From: Sphyrna mokarran
Lineage: Eukaryota
NCBI GenBank assembly: GCA_024679065.1
Contig: JAGIQG010000004.1
Coordinates: forward strand, 78,058,001 to 78,122,000
Length of the DNA: 64,000 bases
Direction of reading: 5' to 3'
Position numbers and translations under genes: made by a program. The notes below the pieces were generated by a model. It was not told where the DNA came from and made no database searches. It saw only the letters and a program-made list of their open reading frames with translations. Shown here one piece after another: positions 24,871 through 37,225 of the stretch; position 1 is the first letter of the stretch; the number at the start of each line of letters is the position of its first letter.

Positions 24871-25185
24871 ACTGTTGGTCAGTGAGGTGAGATGGGGATT
24901 GTGGAGAGGGAGTTGCTGATTAGGAGGTGGGAAAGGAGGATTAAACCAAAGGACAGAGGTAGCTCTCAGTGGACCTCTGCTTTCGCAATGCTGGGTCCTT
25001 CCAGCAAAGGCCTGATAATGAGAGACTGTTAGGCACCCTGCCTGGCAACCACTCCACCCACCACTGGTTGAGTACCACAGAAGGTGGGAAATGGCCCTTA
25101 AGTGGGCATTAGTTACATAATTATGTAAGGGCCTCAATTGGTGGCAGGATGAAAAGGCCATCTACAAATCTTCCTGTCCCAGACT

Positions 25186-26915
25186 GGTGGAGCCAGAGGA
25201 AATAGACGCGGTATTAAAAGAGTACTTTGCGTCAGTATTCACTAAAGAGAAGGACTTGGTAGATGATGTGTCTGGGGGAGGATATGTAAATAGTTTGAGT
25301 TATGGTGTTATCAAAAAGGAGGAGGTATTGGGGTTCTTGAGAAACATCAAGTCAACAAGTCCCAAGGACTTCATGGGATATACCCAAGAATACTGAGAGA
25401 GGCAAGAGAGGAAATTGTTGGGGCCTTGAGAGAAATCTTTGTATTCTCACTGGCTATAGGGGAGGTCCCAGAGGATTGGAGAATAGCTAATGTTGTTCCT
25501 TTGTTTAAGAAGAGTAGCAAGAGTAATCCAAATAATTACAGGCAGGTGAGCCTTATGTCGGTGATAGGGAAATTATTGAAGAGGATTCTTCAAGACAGGA
25601 TTTATTCCCACTTGGAAATCAGTGGATGTATTAGTGAGAAGCAACATGATTTTGTGAAGGGGAGGTCATGTCTCACAAATTTGATCGAACCTTTCAAGGA
25701 AGTGATGAAGATGATTGATAAGGATAGGGCAGTGGATGTTGTCCACATGGACTTCAGTAAGGCTTTGACAAGGTCCCTCATGACAGACTGGTGCAGAAAG
25801 TGAAGTTGCATGGGATCAGAGGTGAGCCGATAAAGTAGATACAAAACTGGCTCAGTCAAAGACGACAGAGGGTAGCAGTGGAAAGGTATGTTTCTGAATG
25901 GAGGGCTGTGACAAGTGGTGTTCCTCGGGGATCAGTGCTGGGACCTTTGCTGTTTGTAATATATATAAATGATTTGGAGGAAAATGTAAATGGATTGCTA
26001 TGTAAGTTTGTGGACAACACAAACGTTAGTGGATTTGCAGATAGCAATGAGGATCATCAGAGTACACAGCAGGATATAGACCAGTTGGAAACTTGGACAG
26101 AGAGATGGCAGATGGAGTTTAATCCAGACAAATGTGAAGTAATGCATTTTGAAAGGTCTAATACAGATTGGAAATAAATGGCAAAATGCTTAGGAGTATT
26201 GATGGGCAAAGGAATCTGGGTGTACAGGGACACAGATCACTGAAAGTGACAATGCAGGTGGAGAAGGTAGTCAAGAAGGCAAATAGCATGCTTACCTTCA
26301 TCGGCCAGGGTACTGGGTTTAAAAATTGGCAAATTATGTTGATTCTTTATAGAACTTTAGTGAGGCCACACAGAATATAGTGTTCAGTTCTGATTGCCAC
26401 ACTACCAAAAGAATGTGAAGGCTTTGAAGAAGGTACAGAAAAGATTTACCAAGATGTAGCCTGGTATGGAGGGCATTAGCTATGAGGAGGGATTGGAGAA
26501 ACTTGGTTTGTTCTCACTGGAGCAACTGAGGTTGAGGGGAGAATTGATAGAAGTTTACAAGATTATGAGAGGCATAGACATAGTGGGTAATCAGAAGCTT
26601 TTTCCCAAGGTGGAAGAGTCAATTACTAGGGGGCATAGGGTTAAGGTGCGAGGGGCAAGTTTTAAAAGAGATGTACGAGGCAGATTTTTTACACAGAGAG
26701 TGATGGGTGCCTGGAACTCATTGCCAGGGAGATAGTGGAAGCAGATGTGGTAGTGACTTTTAAGAGACAAATTGAGAAGTACATGAATGAGATGGGAATA
26801 GAGAGATATAGTCCCCCGAAGCATAGGGGGTTTTAGCTAAGTCAGGCAGCATGGTCAGTGCAGGCTTGGAGGGCCAAAGGGCCTGTTCCTGTACTGTAAT
26901 TGTCTTTGTTCTTTT
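25186..26915 (+). mobile_element. 5'-truncated CR1 LINE with frameshifted RT
   Basis: PEDWRIANVVPLFKK, VTSGVPRGSVLGPLLFVIYINDL, KFVDNT (decayed FADD), WQMEFNPDKCEVMHF, and a tgtctttgttcttt tail. Confidence 0.93.
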
Positions 26916-29252
26916 CCTTTGCTTTTAATTGGGTAGAGGCAGATAGGCAGCAGGCTACCCATTTGGCACACCTCCAAACATGCCTCAGGAGGCTGGAGGG
27001 GGACATTAAATTTCACCCCATGCTTATAATTATATCACTATGGAACAGCATGCACATAAGGAAGAAAAGGAAGCCAAGGATGGATCCTTAGGAAATTCCT
27101 AAGGTATTAACTAAGCAAAGAAGTCAGTGTAGATTTTGTAAGGAGCTCATGCTTGGGTAGTTTGGTTTAATACTTCTCGAAACTATTGAAGATATTACAG
27201 AGAAAAGGAAAATAATATATTTAGGGGGAGATTTTCCATGAGGGTTTTAGTAACCCGTCATTCTCCTACCTGTCTTCAGTTCCAAAGAAAGAATCTTATT
27301 AGACTCAAAACTCTCCACAGATGCTGCCAGAACTGTTGAATTTTCCCAGCATTTTGTTTTTATTTCTCTATGTTTACCTGAGCCATTTTGTAAACTCTAG
27401 TCACACCTTAAAATCTGAAGCTGCACTCTTAAGAATTATAACCTGCAAGATCGTAATGTTCATCTTTAGTGGTTTTAAAATTTCAAATTTGGATTATTGA
27501 AATGAGAAAAAAAAAACTTTTAAGCTAATTTGATCGAATCTTTGATTTGTCCTTACAAAACAAGCAGATGTCGAGATGAATAATCATATGTTTTCATGCT
27601 AATTTACAGCAAGCTGTAAATGCATGCTCTTGGTAAGGCCAGGGAGAAAATATGGCTGGAATTTTATCAGCATGCCTGCCCCAGAATCATGGTGGGTGAG
27701 GCTCACAGAACGGAATTCTCTGTTGGCCTCAGGTGGGATTTTACCTGCCTCACCCCGTAAGGTCAGTATATATAACAAATTAAACTTTCATTAATCTAAT
27801 ACCCATAACTTGGTTCAGTTTGAATCTATTTGAAAAATAATTTTGCAAGCAGAAACAGAGCAACAAAAACAAGTACAGAATGACTGGTTCGCAAGCATTG
27901 CCAAAGTCTAAACCTGTGATTTTATATGCAAGGGTTTAGTGCAGATTCAGTTCAGGAGCAGATGTTCTCAGCATATTTTAATGCAGCAAATTATCTTTTA
28001 ATTTCTGAATTGATTTGAGATAGCGCATGAATAAAATGTGTGAAAGTCATATATGCTGCAAAGCAAAATCATTTTAATCTCATCGAATTTGCAAATGGAG
28101 CATTTATTAATATCCACATGAAATGATCAAATGTTCTAAATAGGCCTGTTGACCCTCGGTTGTTTGAGGAACTATTCTGATGCAGTTGTAAAATAAAACT
28201 GTTGACTTACATTATGTGATATCAGTAACAATTGACCCACTTGTATGAACATCCTTTCCTTATTATTTTACCAAAAGTGTTTGTCCATTTAACTTAAATT
28301 GACAGATGAATTTCATAGGAAGCCATTAATGCTTATGTTGCTAACATGTCCTAACACAAATCTATTCCCACATGCTAAAACAAATCTTACCAAATAGTTT
28401 CCTTTCCACCTTGGAATGTGGGAAATGCTTCAAGGCTACATTTAATACCCAAATCCTTGTGTATGAAAGATGTGATGAACTGTTTATCAAATCAACACAG
28501 TATCTTAAATAGATAAAAAAAAAGTAAACTATTATGCATTCACCTGGGCGACCTTACAGACTCCACTGGTCAGGAGCACTGTAAATCTGACTCAGTGTGA
28601 AAACATACAAGGAGCTAGCTATTCCTTGTTATCCTAATGCAATATGTTGGGTCAAAATCCTTGAATCCAATGACCTAACAACTGTACAGAAATGAGTGGA
28701 TGACCAAGCCAGCAAAGTATGTGCCTTTGAGGGGAATTTAGAATTGTTCAAGTTTGCACATCACTGTTACTTTTCAGATTTTCAGTTTTGGCAGATAACA
28801 AAGCTTGCTAATTTTACTACAGCTCTACTGTTTTCATTCTTGCAATAAAATGGACTGGATTTTCAGTCCCTGGAGGTGGGCAAGTGCTAAAGATAGTTAG
28901 TTGCAACACAGCCCTGGATTGGTTTTGTGGTGGCTGGATGGGCATGGGCAAGTACCGGCATGACTCATTAAGAGGCCATTGAGGCCATTCCAGGGGCTAA
29001 CTAGTGATAGACAGGTGGGTCAGTGCCCTGGCACATATAGAGGCCATCTCTGCCTGACTGCACGCAGGCAGTCACAAGCAGCTCTTTGTATGACTTCCTG
29101 AGCTCCCTGCAACAGACCCCTGCAGCAGCTGCTTGACTGCAAGATCAATTTCTTTTAGCTTAAGTTTTAAAATGTTGAAGAGAGGTTGCTTCCATTTTGA
29201 AGAATACTCTCTCCCAATATTCATTCCTGCTCTTCTTTCAATAACCCTGCAA

Positions 29253-29510
29253 GCAGCACAGTGATAGCACTCCTACCTCACAGCATCAGAGACTTGGGTT
29301 CAATTCAGGCCTTGGGTGACCACCTGTGTAGATTTGGGGAATGTTCTCCCAGTATTTTTATGGGTTTCCCTGGGTGCTCCAACTTCTTCCCACAGTTCAA
29401 AGATTTGCAGGTTAGGTGTATTAGCCATGTTAAATTGCCCCTTCGTTTCCCAAAATAGGTTGGATGAATTAGCTGTGATAAAGACGTGAGCTTACAGGGA
29501 TAGAGTGCAA
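29253..29510 (+). mobile_element. degenerate V-SINE
   Basis: Head plus V-domain ttcccacagttcaaagatttgcaggttagg. Confidence 0.75.
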
Positions 29511-29943
29511 ATAGGAAAATTCCATCCTATATCTTTCACACCAAGACAGTCAATAAGAAGGAAGAAATATATATTTTCTCAAGCAGCTGTAAATAGGTTA
29601 AGTTGTTGATGTTCTGAGTTGGGATTTATTTTGCACTTGCCACTTGTATAATATAGATCAGCCTGTGAAATAGCTGTGTGAAGTCAAAATCTGTTACTTT
29701 ATTTCAATATGGCTGGACATTACAGAGAAACCAGATTCTGTAATCCTGAATGCAATTTATTATTTACCAAGGATCACATTTCTCCTTGCAGAAACCTCTG
29801 GTCCACCAGGTAGGGGAGGAGTGACTCCACATAAACAATTTCTATTGTGCACAGTTAAGAAAGTCCAGGGCAACAGGAATTGCAACAGATTATTGGTGAA
29901 ACCATATAGCCACTCCTTCTCTAAGTCAATTGCTAAGAAGGAG

Positions 29944-30179
29944 CCAAAAGAGAAAATGTTGGAAAATCTCAGCAGGTCTGGCAGCATCTGTAAGGAGAGA
30001 AAAGAGCTGATGTTTCAAGTCCAGATAGCTCTTTGTTAAAGCTTTATCAAAGGATCATCTGGACTCGAAATGTCAGCTCTTTTCTCTCCTTACAGATGCT
30101 GCCAGACCTGCTGAGATTTTCTAGCTTTTTCTCTTTTGGTTTCGGGTTCCAACACCCGCGGTAATTTGCTTTTATCCAG
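29944..30179. mobile_element. Penelope-like insertion: palindromic (inverted) pLTR pair with a 13-bp TSD
   Basis: Arms of about 95 bp are centred on aaagcttt (30038-30045). tgctaagaaggag is duplicated at 29931-29943 and 30180-30192. Related fragments lie at about 960-1050, 27290-27365 and 35148-35210. Confidence 0.85.
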
Positions 30180-31440
30180 TGCTAAGAAGGAGTATTTACT
30201 GAAGTGTTGTCCATCTAAAACAAAGCACAAAACCACTTTCCAATGCACTATAAAGGAAAGGACAACATCCATTGAACCTGACTTGAACATTGTGCTGAGT
30301 ATTTATTTGTCATTGCTCATAAAACAGCAGGATCCTGACATTATATGCCAATCAATGGAATTTGAAGAACTGAGCATGAAAGCTTAGGTCAAGGATAGAA
30401 TAAAAATAGGAACCACTGTCCTATCGCTACCTCACTTCCACTTCAGCTACCATAAAGCAGGGGATTGTATGCTGGGCTGCTCCATCACTTACCTGAATGT
30501 AGGTTAGTGCCATAGTGAATATATATTCACTTCTATATATAGGTGTGCCAATGAACCAGTTAAGTGGAATAGGATCTTGACTGAGCTGTTCTGAAGATGA
30601 CCTTATTGCATCTGCAGAGCTGAAATTCTGACAGTTTTTCATGTGGAATATTACAAAATGAAGGTTGGGAAAATTGTCATACTTTTAAGTCTTCATTTAC
30701 CATACATGTGCTTCTGAGTCTTGTGTCCTGAGTGTCAACATTTTGACTATAAAATGCCTTGTAGGACATATATGAAAAAGAGAAAATTTAAAACATTTTT
30801 TAAAGAAGCCTGTAACCAGAATTAAATGGTGAAATTGGGCTAATTTAACCTTCCATCTCTTTCTGAATAATCAGTGTTTAAAATCCAAATATACACTATT
30901 TCTTTATTAGGGAAAAACAGATTTAATTGATTTGGTCTCTCCCTAAACTTGTCATTTTGAAATCAGGGGTACATTTTGTCCAGTGCAAAATTACAGAAAA
31001 ACCTTTTCAGGGATTTTATAGTGAGTGCGTAGTAAGATTTCTTTCCTTAACATGAGCTGTCTGGTGAAAAATTATTCTACCTGAAATGTAAATGGGCTAG
31101 CAACTATGTAGAGCTATCAAACTAACACATTTTTGTTTTAAGCATTCATATACCAATGTCATAAAGTGGAGCTTCATCTAAAATTATGAAATAAAATATA
31201 TCTTACACAGTTAGTCAAAAAGACAATTCCAACAGGCTTCAAAAATGCTTTTACATTCCATGAAAACCCATGTTAATCATTGGATTCCAAAATGGAGACC
31301 TTCACCAGATTTTAAAAATTAATTAATAGGATGTGGCTTTGCTGGCTAATCCAGCATTTATTGTCCATTGCTATTTGCCCTTTGGAATGTGGTAGTGAGC
31401 GGTCTTCTTTAATCACTGCAGTCCCTGGGATGTAGGTACA

Positions 31441-31478
31441 TCTTGCCTGACGAAGACGAAAAGTCGAAAGCTCGCAGA
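31441..31478 (+). ncRNA. minimal type-I hammerhead ribozyme motif (Penelope-type) with an intact core
   Basis: Stem I UGC/GCA; CUGACGA at 31447-31453; extra A; stem II GAC-GAAAA-GUC; GAAA at 31466-31469; palindromic AGCU stem III; predicted cleavage after CUC (31473). Confidence 0.75.
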
Positions 31479-31533
31479 TTTACTATCAAATAAATCGGTT
31501 GGATTTAAAATTGGTGTTGCCAGATTTTTACTA
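31441..31533 (+). mobile_element. 93-bp Penelope-like pLTR insertion with an 11-bp TSD, inside a CR1/L2-clade LINE tail (31310-31965, minus)
   Basis: atgtaggtaca is duplicated at 31430-31440 and 31534-31544. The insert ends aataaatcggttggatttaaaattggtgttg, a diverged relative of the 51469 family. Confidence 0.85.
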
Positions 31534-34019
31534 ATGTAGGTACACCCACAGTGTTGTTAGGGAAGTTCAGCATAAAGTTCTGAACTAAAGGACTTTGACC
31601 AAATGACAGTTAAGAAACAAAATGGTGAGTGACTTGGAGGGGAACCTCCAGATGTTGGCGCTCCCAAGTACCTGCTGCCCTGATCCTTATAGATGAATCG
31701 TGCTGTTAAAGGAGCCTTGGTGAGTTTTTGCAGCATATCTTGCAGACAGTATACACTGTTGCTGTTCTTCATCAGTGTTAGAGATGACTGTTGTGGAAGG
31801 GTGTCAATCAAATATGGTGCTTTGTCTTGGAAAGTGTCAGGCTTCTTGAGTATTTTTGGAGCTGCATTCATCCAGGCAAGTAGGGAATATTCCAACACAC
31901 TCCTGACTTGTGCCTTGTAGATGATGGACAAGTTTTAGGCAGTCAGAAATGCGTTACTCTCCATTATGATGATACTGTCTCTTTAAGAAATTATTTTTAT
32001 CATGGTTATTGTGAGGGATATGTTTTACACAATGCCGATTAGTCTGCAAAACAGGCACTTCACATGCTGAGGATGCAGGCTAATGATTGATTTTAATAAG
32101 AGATGTGTTTGTTTTAATCTGAGATTAAATCTGAGACTTTTTACTTATTTGGTTTTCCCCTGTGGTTTCAGAGTAGGGTTTTGATCAGATTGATTAACAG
32201 AGAATGTCAGTGTTAATGGGTGGAGTCTCCTTAACCCTGCTCCCCAGCTTCCCAAACCTTGTCCTCCCAACTCCTCACTTCCCACGCTGTGGCCGACCAA
32301 CTAGGCCCCCCCAAAACCCCAGATTTTCCTTCAGTCTGTTCCCCATTAGCTCCTCTTCTTTGGGGACAAGCTGTAACCCCAGCAGTGGCCATCACTTGAA
32401 CCTGGCACCATTGAGGGATGACAGATCTGCCAGTGAACCAGCTTGGCTGGCAACATTCTAAAATGGGATTTCCTTCCCAGATTGAGGCAGAAGTCTCTCC
32501 CTCAGCCAGTGAATGCCCTGTCAAATATAGGACAGGAAATCCAGCCGTCTAAATAATCATGACTAACATTTCATTGTGACTCAGGCTGTTCCTTTTTTAT
32601 TTGCACTGCTTTCTAAAGTAATTTGCATCCAAATAACTAGTATCAATAGATCATGAGATGTGTCGTGAAAGATTTAGCAGAAGCTAAGTAGGTAATGGAT
32701 TGTGATCTGCTGGCAGTTATTAATCTACAATCAATTTAGCCACTCACTTAATTTTAGCTACAGATGTGTCATAGCTTTGAGAATTGAAAACTGGGCAGGA
32801 ATTATTTGTTTTGCAAGTGCTGGCATTTTCCCAAAAGCTGTGCACGTACTTGAGCATGTTTCACAAATGCAAAAGGAACTATATATCAAAGATGAACCTT
32901 TGTCTAGGGTCTTTCACATATCCAGCCACATAGTTTTAGCCCTATCCAAGCTGTTTCATCAGCCTTGGCATTTCAGTAATGCATAATAGTCATCCTTATG
33001 CTGAATATCTCATCCTCAACAATGCCTCACCTTCCCCCAGCAAGTTTGCAGGTGGCAAGAGGTGATCCAGGTGACCCACTGCCTTCTCCCTTCATTCTGG
33101 TTACGTTTGGGACAGGAAAGCTCGAAGACCAACTGAGGCGCTTAAGTGAACAATTGTATGCCCACTTAAGGGCTTCATTCTCCCATTGGTATTCAAAGGC
33201 TTGTGGAGATTTCACTATGCAGTGAGACCATCAAGCACACCCTGTCCCATTTGCTTGGCAGGGAAGGTCCCTCATTGATCATTACCGATCGATGAACCTA
33301 GCATCAGGAAGGGGAGGGACCCTCTTGCGATCCAAAGAATTGCTCCTTCCTCTGACCTCACTCCCTACCACACACCTCCTGCCGGTGACTCCCACACATC
33401 GCCCTCCCCCTCATTCCTGCAATCCCTATCCTGTCCTTGCACTGCCAGGAATGGAGAGTTGCCAGCCTCTGATTGGCCAACACTTTCAAGACAAGATTTC
33501 CAGCTATTTAGGGATGGCCCTGAATTAAATGATCCCCCCTGGGGCTGGAGTCAGGTGGGAAGATTCCCACTGTCAGTCAGGAACTTTATTCCCTTAGGGC
33601 TGGCAGGGAATGTGTTGATGAGTGGCTGTCAGTTCTGGAAGCAAATAGCGTGCCCTCTTCCACTCTCACTAAATTCTGCCCGATGCCAGAAAACTACTTC
33701 TAATGACTCAGCCTGAAGTGTTAAAGCAAAATAATCATCATCGCTGTCTACAACCTATGGCAGTGTCTGAATTTGATTGTCATGTTAGCACAGTTTGAAT
33801 AATACAAGAGACACTGAGTAATTATGTAATAAAAATCTTATAAGTAAATCGTGCTGGCTGTCAAAAAGACAATTGCCTTCAATAAAAAGTATTTCATTCG
33901 CCTCTCTTTGTGTTTTTTACAATGGTAATACAGGATAGCAATTTGTATTGAAATGTATCAATTAATGACAAAAACATCAATGCACCATCTACATGTGGCA
34001 TTCCCACAGCAGCAAATAT

Positions 34020-34600
34020 TGGCCAGAATCCTCTGCTCTAGAATTCGGAGGGGGTGGGACAGGGGTTGTGAAGTTGGGGTGATTTTGGCTGGGTGGATGG
34101 GGGTGGTGGTTCGCTGGATAGCTGACCAAGCATGATCTGACACTCAACACCAATGCATCCGTGTGCAGCACGTAAATCTTGTGGCAGGAAGGGAGCAGGT
34201 AGGAAATGCCCAATGTTACTTCATGGGAAATCGAAGGTCCAGGCACCATAGTGAAAGGGCATCCTACAGCCCTGTCTTCCATCTTTCCCCACCCCCTGTT
34301 CAATCCTTCCCAGCTAACCACTTCCCTTCCATGGACATCCTTCACACAACTGGTATCAAGCATGGATTGCCATTTACAGTCACTCCTCAAAAAAGGACAA
34401 TGTTGTGGCAACTCATGGGCTAATATAGAAGGAAATCTACCTCACAATGAATACGCCACTCATGCATAGTCATAAACGTGAACATTCTAATTTCTCGCTG
34501 ATGAGAAAACGTTATTTGGAAGGGGAAGTTAATTCTGGCAAACTGGTCTTTTCATGATCATGTATGACATGCTAATAGATGCAAAAAGGCTACCCGCCAC
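34020..34600. mobile_element. unclassified interspersed repeat (probably a DNA transposon remnant), related to 46800-47390
   Basis: 34360-34600 aligns by eye with 47080-47320 (cctcaaaaaaggacaatgttgtggcaactca / cctccaaaagaagacaatgtagcagcaactca). Confidence 0.55.
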
Positions 34601-34605
34601 TATTG

Positions 34606-34953
34606 AGGAGGCGATGACCTAGTAGTATTGTTGCTAGACTATCAATCCAGAAACTCAACTAATGTTTTGAGGACTTGGGTTTGAATACCACCATGGCAGC
34701 TGATGGAATTTGAATTCAGTAAAAAAAAAATCTGGAATTAAGAATCTATTGATGACTACAAGACAATTGTCGATTGTCAGGAAAAACCTATCTAGTTCAC
34801 TAATGTCCTTTAAGGATGGAAATGTGGTCTGGCCCACATGTGACTCCAGAGCCAACAGCAATGTGATTGACTGTCAACTATCCTTGGGTATTTAGTGATG
34901 GGCCATAAATGTTGGCCAGCCAATGATGCCCGTGAATGAATAATTAAAAAAAA
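34606..34953 (+). mobile_element. tRNA-derived SINE family 2
   Basis: Collinear with 24511-24870. Confidence 0.82.
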
Positions 34954-35529
34954 GTTCAACCCCACCTCTAATCACTAAGAACAGAATTTCTAAAGTACAT
35001 CTCACCATCCAGAAACTAATCTTTGGCTGCGTGTCAAATTACATTACCATGTCCACATAGTATCCCTTGCTAGAGGGACTGGAAGATCCCACCCACTGTG
35101 CACTTGTTCCAGCTGCACCCTGATGATACTGTAGATATCAGGAAATTAAAATAAAAACAAAATGCTGGCAATACTTAGCAGATCAGGCAGCATCTTTAGA
35201 GAGGGAAAGCAGCAAGATGACAAAAGGGGTGATGGTGTAAGGCAAAATAGATTGATACTGGGTAAGGTACGGAAACAAAAGATGGCACAAGAGGAAATGT
35301 AAAGGGGAATATCTGAATCATTACTGTAGAGTCCCTAACAAAAGGTGAGGCACTGTTCTTAGTGCTTCTATTGAGCTTTATCAGAAAAACTTAGGAGACT
35401 AATGACAGAGAAGTCATAATAGGGAGTAAGGCAGTTAATTATGATGATTGGAAGTCAAGACCAAGTTTGTGGATTGACAAGGTGTCCCATAAAACTCTCT
35501 TATTTAATTTTAAGTCCTGACATAGCAGG

Positions 35530-36794
35530 AAGGCAGATAGATGGCAGATGGAATTCAATCCTGATAAATGTGAGGTGATGCATTTTGGAAGAAAGTATGT
35601 AGGGAGGAGGTATATGATAAAGGGTAGACCTATTAAGAGTATAGAAACACAGAGGGACCTGGGGGTGCAGGTGAACAAGTCTCTGAAGTTGGCAGAGCAG
35701 TTGGAGAAGGTTGTGAAGAAAGCATATGGTATGCTAGCCTTTATAGGAAGGGGTATAGAGTACAAGAGCTGTCCTTTAATGTTGCAGTTGTGTAAAACGT
35801 TAGTTAGACCTCATTTGGAATACTGCGTCCAGTTCTGGTCGCCTTACTACCAAAAGGACGTGGAGACTCTGGAGAGAGTGCAGAGGAGGTTTACCAGGAT
35901 GCTGCCTGGTATGGAAGGTCTGAGTTACGAGGAGAGGTTAGGCAAATTGGGACTGTTTTCCTTAGAAAGACGTAGACTTAGAGGAGATCTAATAGAGGTG
36001 TACAAGATTATGAGGGGTATAGATAAACAGGGTTAAGCTTTTTCCTAGGATGGACTCGAATAGCACAAGGGGTCACGGGCTTAGGGTGAGGGGGGTAAGG
36101 TATAATTTGGATGCTCGAGGGAGTTTTTTCACACAGAGGGTGGTGGGGGTATGGAATGCGCTGCCAAGTAAAGTGGTGAGGCAGGTACTCTGGAGTTATT
36201 TAAGAAATACTTAGATGGACACATGAACAGAATGGGAATGGAGGGGTATAGAAAACTGATTTAAAATAGGGATCATGAGCCTTGGGAGTCCTTGGGAAGT
36301 GTGTAAATAGATGATGACATTGATGTACTTGTTTTTATCCTACAGGTGCTTTGGTCCACCTTGTCTAACGAGCATACACGCGATGGGTCGTGAGAGGGCT
36401 GCTCTTGGATTTTTTTTCGAGAGTATCCTAGTGCTTCACGTTGTTACTGTACGCTTGACCTGGACCATTTGATGGGCAACACGACAGCTCAGTGACTATC
36501 GCTGTGTTGTGCAGATACATGGATTTGGGCCTGTGTCTGTGGGAGTTTGCGCATTCTCCCCGTGCTTGCGTGGGTTTTCTCTGGGTGCTCTGGTTTCCTC
36601 TCACATCCCAAAGATGTGCTCTTAGGCTAATTGGCAAAACAAATTCTCCCTAAATTGTCTCAAATTTGTTTTTAATCCATAGATCTATAAACATAGACAG
36701 GGATCACGGGTAGAGGTGGGAACATCGGGGTGGCGGCGCGGGCTTGTTGGGCCGAAGGACCTGTTTCCCATGCTGTTTTGTTCTTTGTTCTTTG
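35530..36794 (+). mobile_element. young 5'-truncated CR1 with a long 3' UTR containing a V-SINE-derived segment (36474-36660)
   Basis: An uninterrupted 162-aa CR1 ORF2 fragment. The ORF2 end near 36260 is not followed by the usual tail; the single CR1 tail (gggccgaaggacctg...gttctttgttctttg) comes only at 36750-36794. Confidence 0.85.
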
Positions 36795-36925
36795 AAAAGC
36801 TGCAGCTGATCACATTTTTATGAATAGATAATTCCCATTTATCTGCAGCTTCAGGTCAGGGAAGCAGCATTTGTGACACAGAATAAGAGACGCAAAAATA
36901 TTACAATGTTTAATCTGTCCCTAGT

Positions 36926-37225
36926 GCAGCATGATGGCACAGTGGTTAGCATTGTTGCCTCCCAGCGCTAGGGACTCATGTTCAATTCCCAACTTGGGTC
37001 ACTATCTGTGCTGAATCTGCAAGTTCTCTTGTGCCTCTGTGGATTTCCACTAGATGCTCCAGTTTCCTTCCACAGTTTGAAAAACATGCTGGTTGGGTGT
37101 ATTGGCCATGCCAAATTTGCCCTCAATATACCCGAATAGGCGCTGGAGTGTGGCGACGAGATTTTCACAGTAACTTCATTGCAGTATTAACGCAAGCCTA
37201 CAGGTGACACAAATAAATAAATAAA
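36926..37225 (+). mobile_element. V-SINE, tail B
   Basis: Head, V-domain, and gattttcacagtaacttcattgcag...gtgacacaaataaataaa. Confidence 0.85.

Noticed and set aside
25186-26915. Active or domesticated reverse transcriptase gene
   Set aside because: 5'-truncated with multiple frameshifts and stops, and the catalytic FADD motif has decayed to FVDN.
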